From Macrostomum lignano (lineage: Eukaryota), in the NCBI GenBank assembly GCA_002269645.1, contig NIVC01002165.1, forward strand, positions 124,001 to 188,000: a DNA stretch of 64,000 nt, read 5' to 3'. The number at the start of each line of letters is the position of its first letter. Within the stretch, counting starts at the first letter, position 1. The notes beneath the pieces were generated by a model, which was given only the letters and a program-made list of their open reading frames with translations, did not search any database and had not been told where the DNA came from. Position numbers and translations under genes: made by a program. Shown here one piece after another: positions 28,004-38,454 of this stretch.

Positions 28004-28548
28004 GCGCAGAAGCGGCAGGGGCATCTCTGAGCCAGCAGCAGCAGCAGCGGCAGTCGCCGAATTCATCGGCATCCCAGCGGCATTCAACAGTGGAGGCAGA
28101 CGATGTTCGCATCCTGTTGGTAACGCTGCTGTGCCAGCTCTGCCGCACGGACGCGCCGAGCACCGCCGCAGTCGCCGGTCATTCGGCCGCGTCAGCTGCG
28201 GCTTCTTCGTCTGGGGGCGGCGGGCGTAGCGTCGCCACCGCTGCCGCCTTCGCCGCAGACTGGCGCGCCGGGGAGGCCTGGCGCTCCAAGCAGGCGCTGT
28301 GCCCGGAGCTCCTGCCCTGCATGCTGGCCGACGTGTTGAGCCGCGTCGACGTTGTCGATCTCTGGCTGAAGCCGAAGCGGCTGGCACTGTGCCAGCACAT
28401 CCTGCGCACTGTGCTGTCGGGCGCTTACTCGCTGCTGCTCGGCGGTGCCGCCGGAGTCAACGTGTTGCTAGGCAACAAACTGTTTGACAGCCTGTTCCAG
28501 CTGGGCGATGCCTGCTTGAATTGCATGACCGCCGAGAATGCGGCGCTG
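28004..28548 (+). CDS. LYST: LYST exon 5
   Basis: Acceptor CACAG|, donor CTG|GTGAGT; phase 1 to 0; helical ARM/HEAT-like sequence (ELLPCMLADVLSRV...QHILRTVLSG). Confidence 0.85.
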
Positions 28549-28675
28549 GTGAGTTAATGGCGACCGGTGCCTGCATCCAGCGCTGAGGCAATCCTGCCCA
28601 TTCTGCTATGCTCCTGAGCATGTACACTCTGTGCTTTGGGCGTTGGTCCTTATGGGGGTGAATTGCACGACAACC

Positions 28676-28942
28676 CCCCCCCCCTGCCACTCAGAGCTCA
28701 CCCCCCTCCCTGCCACTCAGAGCTCACCCCCTCCCTGCCACTCAGAGCTCACCCCCCTCCCTGCCACTCAGAGCTCACCCCCCTCCCTGCCACTCAGAGC
28801 TCACCCCCCCTCCCTGCCACTCAGAGCTCACCCCCCTCCCTGCCACTCAGAGCTCACCCCCCCTCCCTGCCACTCAGAGCTCACCCCCTCCCTGCCACTC
28901 AGAGCTCACCCCCCTCCCTGCCACTCAGAGCTCACCCCCTCC
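28676..28942. repeat. ~23-bp C-rich minisatellite (CCCTGCCACTCAGAGCTCACCCC), intron 5
   Basis: Tandem units with variable C-run length, ending ~10 nt before the acceptor. Confidence 0.93.
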
Positions 28943-28952
28943 TCCCGAGCAG

Positions 28953-29393
28953 GTGGCGGACACGGTGGGCCAGACCATATCCGGCACTCTGCACCTGCTG
29001 ATCGCGCACGCTTCCCGCCTGGAGCGAGCCAGCTCCGGCCTTGAGCAGGCCGACCTTCGCCTCCCAGTTGCCTGGCTCGAAGCCGACGGTCCCGCCGCTA
29101 TTCGCCGACTGGCCGGCCAGCCGTTTCCTGAGGCCGCCGCCAGCGCCGCCGCCTGCGTGTCGCTGCTCGGCTCCCTGCTGCTCGGCCTGAAGCGCTGCCG
29201 GGTGCAGCTCGCCCACCTCAGCCGCTGCCGGCGCCGCGGCCACCGCCTGTGCAACTACAGCTTCTACGCGCATCATCACTGCGACGCTTTCGTTGCGGCC
29301 AGGATCGGCCAGAGGGAGCGGGTCTGCCTGGCTGCCGAGCTCGCCAGCCTGCTGCTGGGCCTGGCGGATGCGCCCGCTTCCTCTCAGCTGCCG
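28953..29393 (+). CDS. LYST: LYST exon 6, with the LYST-diagnostic Cys/His motif
   Basis: QLAHLSRCRRRGHRLCNYSFYAHHHCD matches recalled human LYST [27 protein letters not shown]; acceptor GCAG|, donor CCG|GTAAGT. Confidence 0.93.
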
Positions 29394-29544
29394 GTAAGTG
29401 TGACTTTGCTTCATCTGTGGAATCTGTAGCTTAATCCTATATACTGAAAATGGTCTGTCGGTAGGTAGGTTATTTATCTATCTAGGTAGGTAGGTATGAG
29501 ATTGATTAGTTTGCCTCTCATTCTCACTTGCCTTTGGCTTCCTT

Positions 29545-29830
29545 TTCTCTCTCCCTCTCTCCCTCTGCCTCTCTCCCTCTCTCCCTCTCCCTCTCTCCCT
29601 CTCTCGCTCCCTCCCTCTCTCCCTCTCTCCCTCTCCCTCTCTCCCTCTCCCTCTCTCCCTCTGCCTCTCTCCCTCTCCCTCTCTCCCTCTCTCGCTCCCT
29701 CCCTCTCTCTCCTTCTCCCTCTCTCCCTCACTCCCTCCCTTTCTCTCGCCCTCACTCCCTCCCTTTCTCTCGCCCTCACTCCCTCCCTTTCTCTCGCCCT
29801 CACTCCCTCCCTTTCTCTCGTCTTCTCTCT
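29545..29830. repeat. CT-rich low-complexity/microsatellite tract, intron 6
   Basis: (CTCCCT)n-like composite. Confidence 0.9.
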
Positions 29831-29931
29831 AAAAAGCTGCACTTCAAGTCTCCTAAACTTTATTTATCGCCTACTGTTAATTCTCTAGTAGCATATAAAA
29901 GAAAAACCTGTCCGATCCGCTGCCACTGCAG

Positions 29932-30444
29932 CCAAGCGACTCGCAGCTCCGGCCAGCCGTCTCGGTTGCCTCGGCCGCCCTGGTCACTCTGGACAGAGTT
30001 GGTGCCTGCTGCTGCATGCCCCTGGCCGACTCGGCCGCCCGGCTGCTCAGGCTGGCTTCAGAGGCGCCCGCCGCCATCGGTCGAGCTGGTGTAGCCGCTG
30101 CGCTTCGTCAGGCCACCGGCAGCGTCCTGCTGGAATGCCCGAATCTGCCGCCGCCGCCGGCAGCTCAGCGAGCCGAGACCGAGCCGCCGTTCTCTTGCGC
30201 CACCTGCCGCGTCGGCGCGTCGACGCCGACGATGAGTTTCGACGTCCTTGCCGGAGCTTCTCAGACTGTCTTGCCAAGCCGATGGAGCTTCTTGTCTCTC
30301 TACACTGGGCTGGTTTTGAACTCGGATGCGGCCACCGCTTGTCTGACGCTGCGGCAGTTTCTGCGCCTCATCAAACTGGCTGGGCGCGAGTGCAAAGCCG
30401 AGTTCCTTCGACTGGCGCTGCTGCCGCTGCTGCTGGAGCTGAGG
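29932..30444 (+). CDS. LYST: LYST exon 7
   Basis: LDRVGACCCMP matches recalled LYST HNIGICCCMD; RWSFLSLYTGLV...EFLRLALLPLL resembles RWDALKAYQNFV...LYNYIFNPVL; acceptor TGCAG|, donor AGG|GTGAGG. Confidence 0.9.
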
Positions 30445-30445
30445 G

Positions 30446-30870
30446 TGAGGAGTGGTGGGGTGGCTGCCGAGGAGTGGGTGGGTTCCGAGGAGTGGGGTGG
30501 CTGCCGAGGAGTGGGTGGGTTCCGAGGAGTGGGGTGGCTGCCGAGGAGTGGGGTGGGTGCCGAGGAGTGGGGTGGCTGCCGAGGAGTGGGGTGGGTGTCG
30601 AGGAGTGGGGTGGCTGCGTAGGAGCGGGGTGGGCGCCGAGAAGTGGGGTGGGTACCGAGGAATGGGGTGGGGTGGGTGTCGTGGAGTGTGGTGGGTGCGC
30701 AGGAGTGGGGTGGGTGTCGAGGAGTGGGGTGGCTGCGTAGGAGCGGGGTGGGCGCCGAGAAGTGGGGTGGGTACCGAGGAATGGGGTGGGTGCGGAGGAA
30801 TGGGGTGGGTGCCGTGGAGTGTGGTGGGTGCGGAGGAATGGGGGTGCCGAGGAGTGGGGTGGGTGCTATG
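30446..30870. repeat. ~20-bp G-rich degenerate minisatellite (CCGAGGAGTGGGGTGGCTG-like), intron 7
   Basis: Tandem units starting at the donor. Confidence 0.9.
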
Positions 30871-30923
30871 GAATGGTGACGTATAAATTTCAAGCATAGC
30901 AAAATATTTCTCTCTGAATTCAG

Positions 30924-31500
30924 AGCCGACTCAGCGGCGACACCGGGATCAACGCCGACTGCGAGGACGATAACGGACAGCCGGGCAGCTGTTCCACGGC
31001 AGCTGGCGGTGGCAACGGTGGATGCCGCCAGCGCTACTTGAACACGGCCAAGTACTGCCTGTGCCTGCTGCCGTACGCCCTGTCAGCCACTTCGGTTACT
31101 GAATCTGACTCCGCCGTGCTGCGCGAGCTCCTTGACCTGTCCTCGCTGCCCTCGCTGCGCCGGCACGTCTACCGTCTAGTTGAGAGCCTGATTGTGTCCA
31201 GCGAGCTGGCCCAGCTGCGCAGGCGAGCTCGCGAGGACGCCACTGCGGCTGCCGCGGCCGCTGCCGCCGTGTCGGGCAGTCGGTGGGACGCCGACGACGG
31301 CGGCTTTCTTGACGATCGAGTCGGCGGCATCGGCGGCTTTGGCAGCTTAGATCAGCGCGACAAGCAGCTCCTGCTGACTATCGGGGTTGGTGGCGGCAGC
31401 AAGTCGGGCGGCTCCAAATCGCTGCTGGTCATCTTCATCAACTTTTTAATTAGCGTATTCGACTTCAATGCCACCGTGCTGATGCCGATCCCGACTGATG
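30924..31500 (+). CDS. LYST: LYST exon 8
   Basis: Acceptor TTCAG|, donor G|GTGAGT; open frame; phase 0 to 1. Confidence 0.85.
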
Positions 31501-31562
31501 GTGAGTTCTGATGGCTCCAGGCCTCCCTTTGCTTTGCTTTTGTATGTTTTAATCAAAGGGCT

Positions 31563-32130
31563 TTGTCAACCTGTCACTCTGTCAACCTGTCACTCTGTCA
31601 ACCTGTCACTCTGTCAACCTGTCACTCTGTCAACCTGTCACTCTGTCAACCTGTCACTCTGTCAACCTGTCACTCTGTCAACCTGTCACTCTGTCAACCT
31701 GTCACTCTGTCAACCTGTCACTCTGTCAACCTGTCACTCTGTCAACCTGTCACTCTGTCAACCTGTCACTCTGTCAACCTGTCACTCTGTCAACCTGTCA
31801 CTCTGTCAACCTGTCACTCTGTCAACCTGTCACTCTGTCAACCTGTCACTCTGTCAACCTGTCACTCTGTCAACCTGTCACTCTGTCAACCTGTCACTCT
31901 GTCAACCTGTCACTCTGTCAACCTGTCACTCTGTCAACCTGTCACTCTGTCAACCTGTCACTCTGTCAACCTGTCACTCTGTCAACCTGTCACTCTGTCA
32001 ACCTGTCACTCTGTCAACCTGTCACTCTGTCAACCTGTCACTCTGTCAACCTGTCACTCTGTCAATCTGTCACTCTGTCAATATGTCACTCTGTCAATCT
32101 GTCACTCTGTCAATCTGTCACTCTCAATCT
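31563..32130. repeat. 16-bp minisatellite (TGTCAACCTGTCACTC), ~35 copies, intron 8
   Basis: Near-perfect tandem array. Confidence 0.97.
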
Positions 32131-32184
32131 CACTCCGTCAACACGCTAACCAAGCATTCCCCTTGTCGCCTGCTTCCGCCGCAG

Positions 32185-32462
32185 ACGATGCCAGCAATGG
32201 GCCGCAGGCCGCGGAGCTCCTCTCTCGGCTGCAGCGCGACGCCGACATTTGGGCCAGCTACGAGCGGCTGTTCCTGCAGTCGCCCAGCTTCCGACGCCGC
32301 TTCATCGATGTCAACGGGTTTAGCGGCGCCTATCGACTGCTCAAAGATCTCATAGTCGCATTCGGCCAGGTCGAGTCGCTTTCCTCGGATCAGTTGGCTC
32401 TGTTCCAGTCGCTGCTGACGCTCAGTGTGCACTGCTGCGACTATCAGAACTCAGAGTTCCGG
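32185..32462 (+). CDS. LYST: LYST exon 9
   Basis: Branch-like GCTAAC plus acceptor CCGCAG|, donor CGG|GTGCGT; RRRFIDVNGFSGAYRLL helical repeat; phase 1 to 0. Confidence 0.85.
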
Positions 32463-33075
32463 GTGCGTCATCCTTGCTTTCCTCAACTGCTTTTCCTCCC
32501 CGCCACACACTTAACCTCCCTGCTACCCTTCCTGCCCGTTGAAAGCGTTGCCGTGACAAGAATTGCTAAAGAGTCATTGCAAACAACTCACTAGTGACTC
32601 TAGCGACTCTAGAGGCGACGACTCTTGCGACTTTTTAGCGACACAAACGACTGCAATGCGACGGAGAGGCGACTGGTTGAGTCTAGAGCGCATCACGCGA
32701 GTTGCAGAATCATAAAAGAGCCGCAAAAAAAGTCGTCCAAGAGCTGTTGTGTTAGCGTTAAACTTTCTACTAACTCAAGTAGACTGAATAGAGTTGTTAC
32801 GAGTATAAATGCGATTCTGATTGGTAAAGTGACGCAGGTGCGATTTAGACGCAACTCGGTGATTCTACAGCTGTTTCAGAGTCGCAGACAATAAAACGCC
32901 TCAAGTTGACTCTTAGCCGACTCTTTGACAACTGTTTGGCGACTTGGCGACTGTGACATATCGTCGTTTTAGAGTCTTTAGAGCCACTTCTTTCCTACTT
33001 TACCTGTGTCATCTGCAACGACTCTGGGCCGATGAAAGTGACTCTGGGACGCTTCTTGGTTTGGGTACCATTTTC

Positions 33076-33835
33076 ACCCTCCCTGCTACCCTCCCTGCTA
33101 CCCTCCCTGCTACCCTCCCTGCTAACCTCCCTGCTACCCTCCCTGATACCCTCCCTGCTACCCTCCCTGATACCCTCCGCTACTCTCCCTGCTACCCTCC
33201 CTGCTAACCTCCCTGCTACCCTCCCTGCTACCCTCTCTGCTACCCTGCCTGCTAACCTCCCTGCTAACCTCCCTGCTACCCTCCCTGATACCCTCCGCTA
33301 CTCTCCCTGCTACCCTCCCTGCTAACCTCCCTGCTACCCTCCCTGCTAACCTCCCTGCTACCCTCCCTGATACCCTCCGCTACTCTCCCTGCTACCCTCC
33401 CTGCTAACCTCCCTGCTACCCTTCCTGCTACCCTCCCTGCTACCCTCTCTGCTACCCTCCCCCCTCCCTGATACCCTCCGCTACTCTCCCTGCTACCCTC
33501 CCTGTTAACCTCGCTGCTAACCTCGCTGCTACCCTCTTTGCTACCCTGCCTGCTAACCTCCCTGCTAACCTCCCTGCTACCCTCTTTGCTACCCTGCCTG
33601 CTAACCTCCATGCTACCCTCTCTGCTACCCTGCCTGCTACCCTCCCTGCTAGCCTCCCTGTTACCCTCCGCTACTCTCCCTGCTACCTTTCCTGCTACCC
33701 TCCCTGCTAACCTCCCTGCTACCCTCCCTGCTAACCTCCTTGCTAACCTCCCTGCTACCCTCCATGCTACCCTCCCTGCTACCCTCCCTGCTACCCTCCC
33801 TGCTAACCTCCCTGCTACCCTCTCTGCTACCCTCC
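33076..33835. repeat. 12-bp C-rich minisatellite (CCCTCCCTGCTA / ACCTCCCTGCTA), intron 9
   Basis: Direct tandem periodicity. Confidence 0.95.
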
Positions 33836-33875
33836 ATTAACTTCCTAATCGCAAACTCCATCACCAAAATTGCAG

Positions 33876-34055
33876 GACTTCTCATCCCAAGTGGTTCTGG
33901 ATTCTATCCTGATGCTGCTGTTAAAGTGCATGTCGGAAAACGAGGCCCGAGCGCACAGCATATTTGACTGCGTGCTGAACGCTTGCACTAGCAATGCCTA
34001 CCTGCTGGCCCAGGGCCGCAACTACAGCTGCATGCCCGAAACTGTGGAGAAAATG
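33876..34055 (+). CDS. LYST: LYST exon 10
   Basis: Acceptor TTGCAG|, donor ATG|GTGAGC; phase 0 to 0. Confidence 0.8.
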
Positions 34056-34375
34056 GTGAGCGCCTGCGCTATCGATTTATTTCGACAGGAACAAATGTTC
34101 TTTTCTACTTATCATCCAGTAGTCTAATTTGCGTATGTTTTATCTTCAATAGCAGAATGATCGCTGAATATAATGATATCAAAGGTCGGAAGCGAAATCT
34201 CTAATTGAGCTTAGCTTGGAGGGTTGCTGTCCTCTTTTCAAGTTTGCTACTTTTTGCTTCTAAAAGAATGTAGTAAATTCTGCTTATAACAATGTCACTG
34301 TAATTTTCAAGTGTCGATCTTGTCCTCTAATGATTCCAAATTTTCGAATCTAGCTGGGCTTGAAGTGCTTGACCT

Positions 34376-34651
34376 TAATAATAACAATTGATTACACCTG
34401 CCCTAATAGGCAGATGTGCAACCGACAGCTCAGCCGCAGCTATTGCGCGGCGCATCTGAAGGCTGCATACGGCTGTTCAGTCCAGGGGGGGTCGCCACAC
34501 ACATCCTTAATTACCCCAGCTAATGCTGGCACCCATTTTACAACTGGTACCCGTATTGCTCAAGGACACAAATTGTTCTGAGAGGGTCGGGAATCGAACC
34601 CCGACCTTCAAGTCGCGAGTCCGACGCTCTGACCACTAGGCTGCAATCCCT
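34376..34651 (-). mobile_element. tRNA-derived SINE with a CORE/Meta-like central domain
   Basis: - strand head with A box (TAGTGGTCAGAGC) and B box (GGTTCGATTCC) at 34651-34579, then GTGTCCTTGAGCAA...TGTAAAATGGG (resembles recalled MIR CORE GTGACCTTGGGCAA...TGTAAAATGGG), ending in a short TTA-like tail. Confidence 0.75.
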
Positions 34652-35294
34652 GCATAATACAAGTACAGTACGCAGTATGCAAAAGAACTGGCCAGGGGTG
34701 TTGTCATGCGATGATGTCATGTCATGTCATGTCATGTCACCCATGAGGGCCAACTCCAAGGCACAGAGTCTCAGCTCTCCTTCAAGTATTATTAATATTT
34801 TAATTAAGTATTGCGTCCTTGGTTACTTGAGCATGCTAATGTGGAATTAAGTATTGTTTGCACTTTGGTAACATACCCACCCGGATGGGAAAATTATCCC
34901 ATATCATCTACTCAGTTCTTGGCTGTTTCCTGTCACTCACTGCTTCCTTATCACTATCTTGATTTCCTTTTCCCAATGCTCTCCAGTATTCTTATCGTAT
35001 CCTCTCTAGTCAGCCCGCAACAACTCTCAATATGGCAATGCGTAATTGCCCTTCAGAAGTCCCAATCTATTAGTCTGATGCTTCTGTTTGAATAATCTTC
35101 GAGTCGTTTGTCTGCGTGTGCATCCATTATAGTTGTCCTATTACTTCCTGCATCATCATCTTTGAGTACCTTCTATCTTTGTTGCTGAGTAGGACTCAGT
35201 TTGAGCCTACATCTCGACTCGACCTGCGGCTCCATCTCTGTTCCAGCAAATTATCCTCGAATTTTCCAACCGTTAAGTTTTACCTATCACAACT

Positions 35295-35902
35295 CCAGAC
35301 CTCCACAACCCTTAAACTCCACAACCCAAGCTCCACAACCCACAAACTCCACAACCCACGAACTCTACAACCCACAAACTCCACAACCCACAAACTCCAC
35401 AACCCCAAAACTCCACAACCCACAAACTCCACAACCCACAAACTCCACAACCCACAAACTCCACAACCCACAAACTCCACAACCCCCAGACTCCACAACC
35501 CACAAACTCCACAACCCTCAGACTCCACAGCCCACAAACTCCAAAACCCACAAACTTCACAACCCACAAACTCCACAGCCCACAAACTCCACAGCCCACA
35601 AACTCCAAAACCCACAAACTCCAAAGCCCACAAACTCCACAGCCCACAAACTCCACAGCCCACAAACTCCACAACCCACGAACTCCACAGCCCACAAACT
35701 CCACAGCCCACAAACTCCACAGCCCACAAACTCCACAGCCCACAAACTCCACAACCCACGAACTCCACAGCCCACAAACTCCACAGCCCACAAACTCCAC
35801 AGCCCACAAACTCCACAACCCACGAACTCCACAGGCCACAAACTCCACAGCCCACAAACTCCACAGCCCACGAACTCCACAGCCCACAAACTTCGCAACC
35901 CA
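35295..35902. repeat. 16-bp C/A-rich minisatellite (CCACAACCCACAAACT), intron 10
   Basis: Tandem array ending ~12 nt before the acceptor. Confidence 0.96.
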
Positions 35903-35914
35903 AAATTTTCTCAG

Positions 35915-36367
35915 CTGTACTTCTTGTACTCGGAAGTCGCCTGCGGCGCCGAAAGCTCCGATGCCAGAATCGCGGCGCCGCACGACGCCATCGCCGGCGC
36001 GAGGAACAGCCTGTCGGAAAGCGGCGAAGCTGATGATGAAGAATATCTGGCCGATCGCGACAGCAGCACCAGCAGCGAAGGCAGCAGAGGCGGCCGCGGC
36101 GGCTTTGGCGACGAGTTCAATGGAGTCGACGGTGGCGGTGAATGCGTCGACTCCGGCGGAGAGTTCGGCGGCAGCGGCAACGGCTGGCGGCCGAGGCGCG
36201 GTCGTGACGGCGGTGATACGACGGTCAGTCCGGCTGTGGTGCGCCTGGCCATCCGGTTGTTGTTTGGCCTGGGGCCGGAGCGCGTAGCCCTGCAAGAGGC
36301 GGCCGCCTGCGGCCTCCTGCAGATGCTCAAATTGTCGCCCTCTAGTGCTGCTCGATTGGCTGCTGAG
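35915..36367 (+). CDS. LYST: LYST exon 11 (acidic/Gly-rich segment)
   Basis: Acceptor TTTTCTCAG|, donor GAG|GTCTGT (weak); EEYLADRDSSTSSE resembles the recalled LYST GYEADSES acidic motif; phase 0 to 0. Confidence 0.8.
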
Positions 36368-36371
36368 GTCT

Positions 36372-36742
36372 GTTGAGTAGGAAGGGTAGTTGCTGAGTAG
36401 GATAAGTAGTTGCTGAGTAGGATGAATAGTTGCTGAGTAGGAAGGGTAGTTTCTGAGTATGATGAGTAGTTGCTGAGCAGGAAGAGTAGTTGCTGAGTGT
36501 GATGAGTAGTTGCTGAGTAGGATGAGTAGTTTCTGAGTAGGAAGGGTAGTTGCTGAGTAGGATGAGTAGTTGCTGAGTAGGATGAGTAGTTGCTGAGTAG
36601 GATGAGTAGTTGCTGAGTGGGATGAGTAGTTGCTGAGTAGAATGAGTAGTTGCTGAGTGGGATGAGTAGTTGCTGAGTGTGATTAGTAGTTGCTGAGTGT
36701 GATGAGTAGTTTCTAAATGGGATAAGTAGTTGCTGAGTGGTT
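36372..36742. repeat. 20-bp minisatellite (TAGTTGCTGAGTAGGATGAG), intron 11
   Basis: Tandem array starting just after the donor. Confidence 0.94.
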
Positions 36743-36855
36743 TGGCTAGTTGGTTGCCGAAGAATATATATGGGGCACCTGAGTAGTATTACATGTGAAT
36801 GTAAGATCGCAGCGCTCTGCAGTTTATTAACACTGCAAATGGCTTGCTTCCACAG

Positions 36856-37050
36856 GACATTCTAGACACCCTGCTAGCCGCTGGTGCCAGCATCCTAACC
36901 AGCGACCACAGCGACAGCCCGACAGGCGCCAAGCTGCAGCAGCACGCGCTGGCTATCGTGGAGCTGCTGGGGGCCTGCCGGCTGACCAGCAACCAGGCTG
37001 AGAGCCTCCTGCAGATGGCTCGGGCAGACGGACTGACGCCCGCCTGTCGA
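36856..37050 (+). CDS. LYST: LYST exon 12
   Basis: Acceptor CCACAG|, donor CGA|GTGAGT; LQQHALAIVELLGACRLTSNQAESLL helical motif; phase 0 to 0. Confidence 0.85.
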
Positions 37051-37309
37051 GTGAGTGTTTGAAAATACTTAAATCATTGTTTTTAAGGTTTTTATGTAGA
37101 ATTTTAAAAGTACATTTCATTAAAGTACATTTAAATTGAAAAAAGTAATTTTGATGAAAAGTACTTTTGATGAAAAGTATAGCTCTAAGATACAAAAGGA
37201 ATCTATAAATTGAAGTTTCTTGTAAGTATTTCATATAAGAGTGCACTTCATTCTAAAGTGCATTTCCTATAAAAGTGCACCCGTCATCTCCCGCCTGTTC
37301 CTACCACAG

Positions 37310-37613
37310 TCTGCGCTGTTCCGCACCCTGACCCAGCTGGCCAAGTCGATGCGGGTGGCTCCGGCCAGTTCGCTGCGATTCCCGATCACTCCGGCCACCC
37401 CGGCAGCCGCCGCGGCCGCTGCTGCCGCTGCCGACTCGCAAGAGGCCGGCGCCGCCGGTCGGCTAGCGAAGCATCACGCTCTGGGGCTGCCGATCCGGCA
37501 CGAGCTGGGACACCACGTGTGGCCGGCCAGCACCCAGTCGGGGTTCACCCTGTCATTCTGGATTCGGCTGGCCAGCCGCGGCGGCTGGCGGGCTCAGAGG
37601 CATCTGTACACTA
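37310..37613 (+). CDS. LYST: LYST exon 13 (start of the ConA-like domain)
   Basis: Acceptor CCACAG|, donor A|GTGAGT; WPASTQSGFTLSFWIRL is the typical first strand of the ConA-like domain in BEACH proteins; phase 0 to 1. Confidence 0.87.
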
Positions 37614-38221
37614 GTGAGTAGTTTGCCTTGTGCCATCTGTACACTAGTGAGTAGTTTGCCTTGTGCCATCTGTACACTAGTGAGTAGTTTGCCTTGTGCC
37701 ATCTGTACACTAGTAAGTAGTTTGCCTTGTGCCATCTGTACACTAGTGAGTAGTTTGCCTTGTGCCATCTGTACACTAGTGAGTAGTTTGCCTTGTGCCA
37801 TCTGTACACTAGTGAGTAGTTTGCCTTGTGCCATCTGTACACTAGTGAGTAGTTTGCCTTGTGCCATCTGTACACTAGTGAGTAGTTTGCCTTGTGCCAT
37901 CTGTACACTAGTGAGTAGTTGGCCTTGTGCCATCTGTACACTAGTGAGTAGTTTGCCTTGTGCCATCTGTACACTAGTGAGTAGTTTGCCTTGTCCCATC
38001 TGTACACTAGTGAGTAGTTTGCCTTGTGCCATCTGTACACTAGTGAGTAGTTTGCCTTGTGCCATCTGTACACTAGTGAGTAGTTTGCCTTGTGCCATCT
38101 GTACACTAGTGAGTAGTTTGCCTTGTGCCATCTGTACACTAGTGAGTAGTTTGCCTTGTGCCATCTGTACACTAGTGAGTAGTTTGCCTTGTGCCATCTG
38201 TACACTAGTGAGTAGTTTGGG
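37601..38221. repeat. 33-bp minisatellite (CATCTGTACACTAGTGAGTAGTTTGCCTTGTGC), 19 copies, containing the exon 13 splice donor
   Basis: The first unit overlaps the last 13 nt of exon 13; units recur every 33 bp to 38195. Confidence 0.97.
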
Positions 38222-38454
38222 CCAGATGTGCAGCCGACAGCTTACACTCGACAACATGTTAAAGTTTCCACTTCCTAAGCCAGCTGAGAACTGAGAGTGA
38301 CAGCTTTAATCCAACTCCTAGCCATAACTCTCCACTGTCTCCTCACCAGCCTAGGCTGTGGCCTTGTGATAGAAATTGCATCTCCGACATTTCATGCCTC
38401 CGAGACTTATGTTTAGCAGCCTAACCCTAACCCTAACCAGCTCTAACTCTAAGT

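Noticed and set aside
34579-34651. Functional tRNA gene
   Set aside because: The acceptor and anticodon stems are mismatched and the sequence continues into a CORE-like body, so it is better explained as a SINE head.
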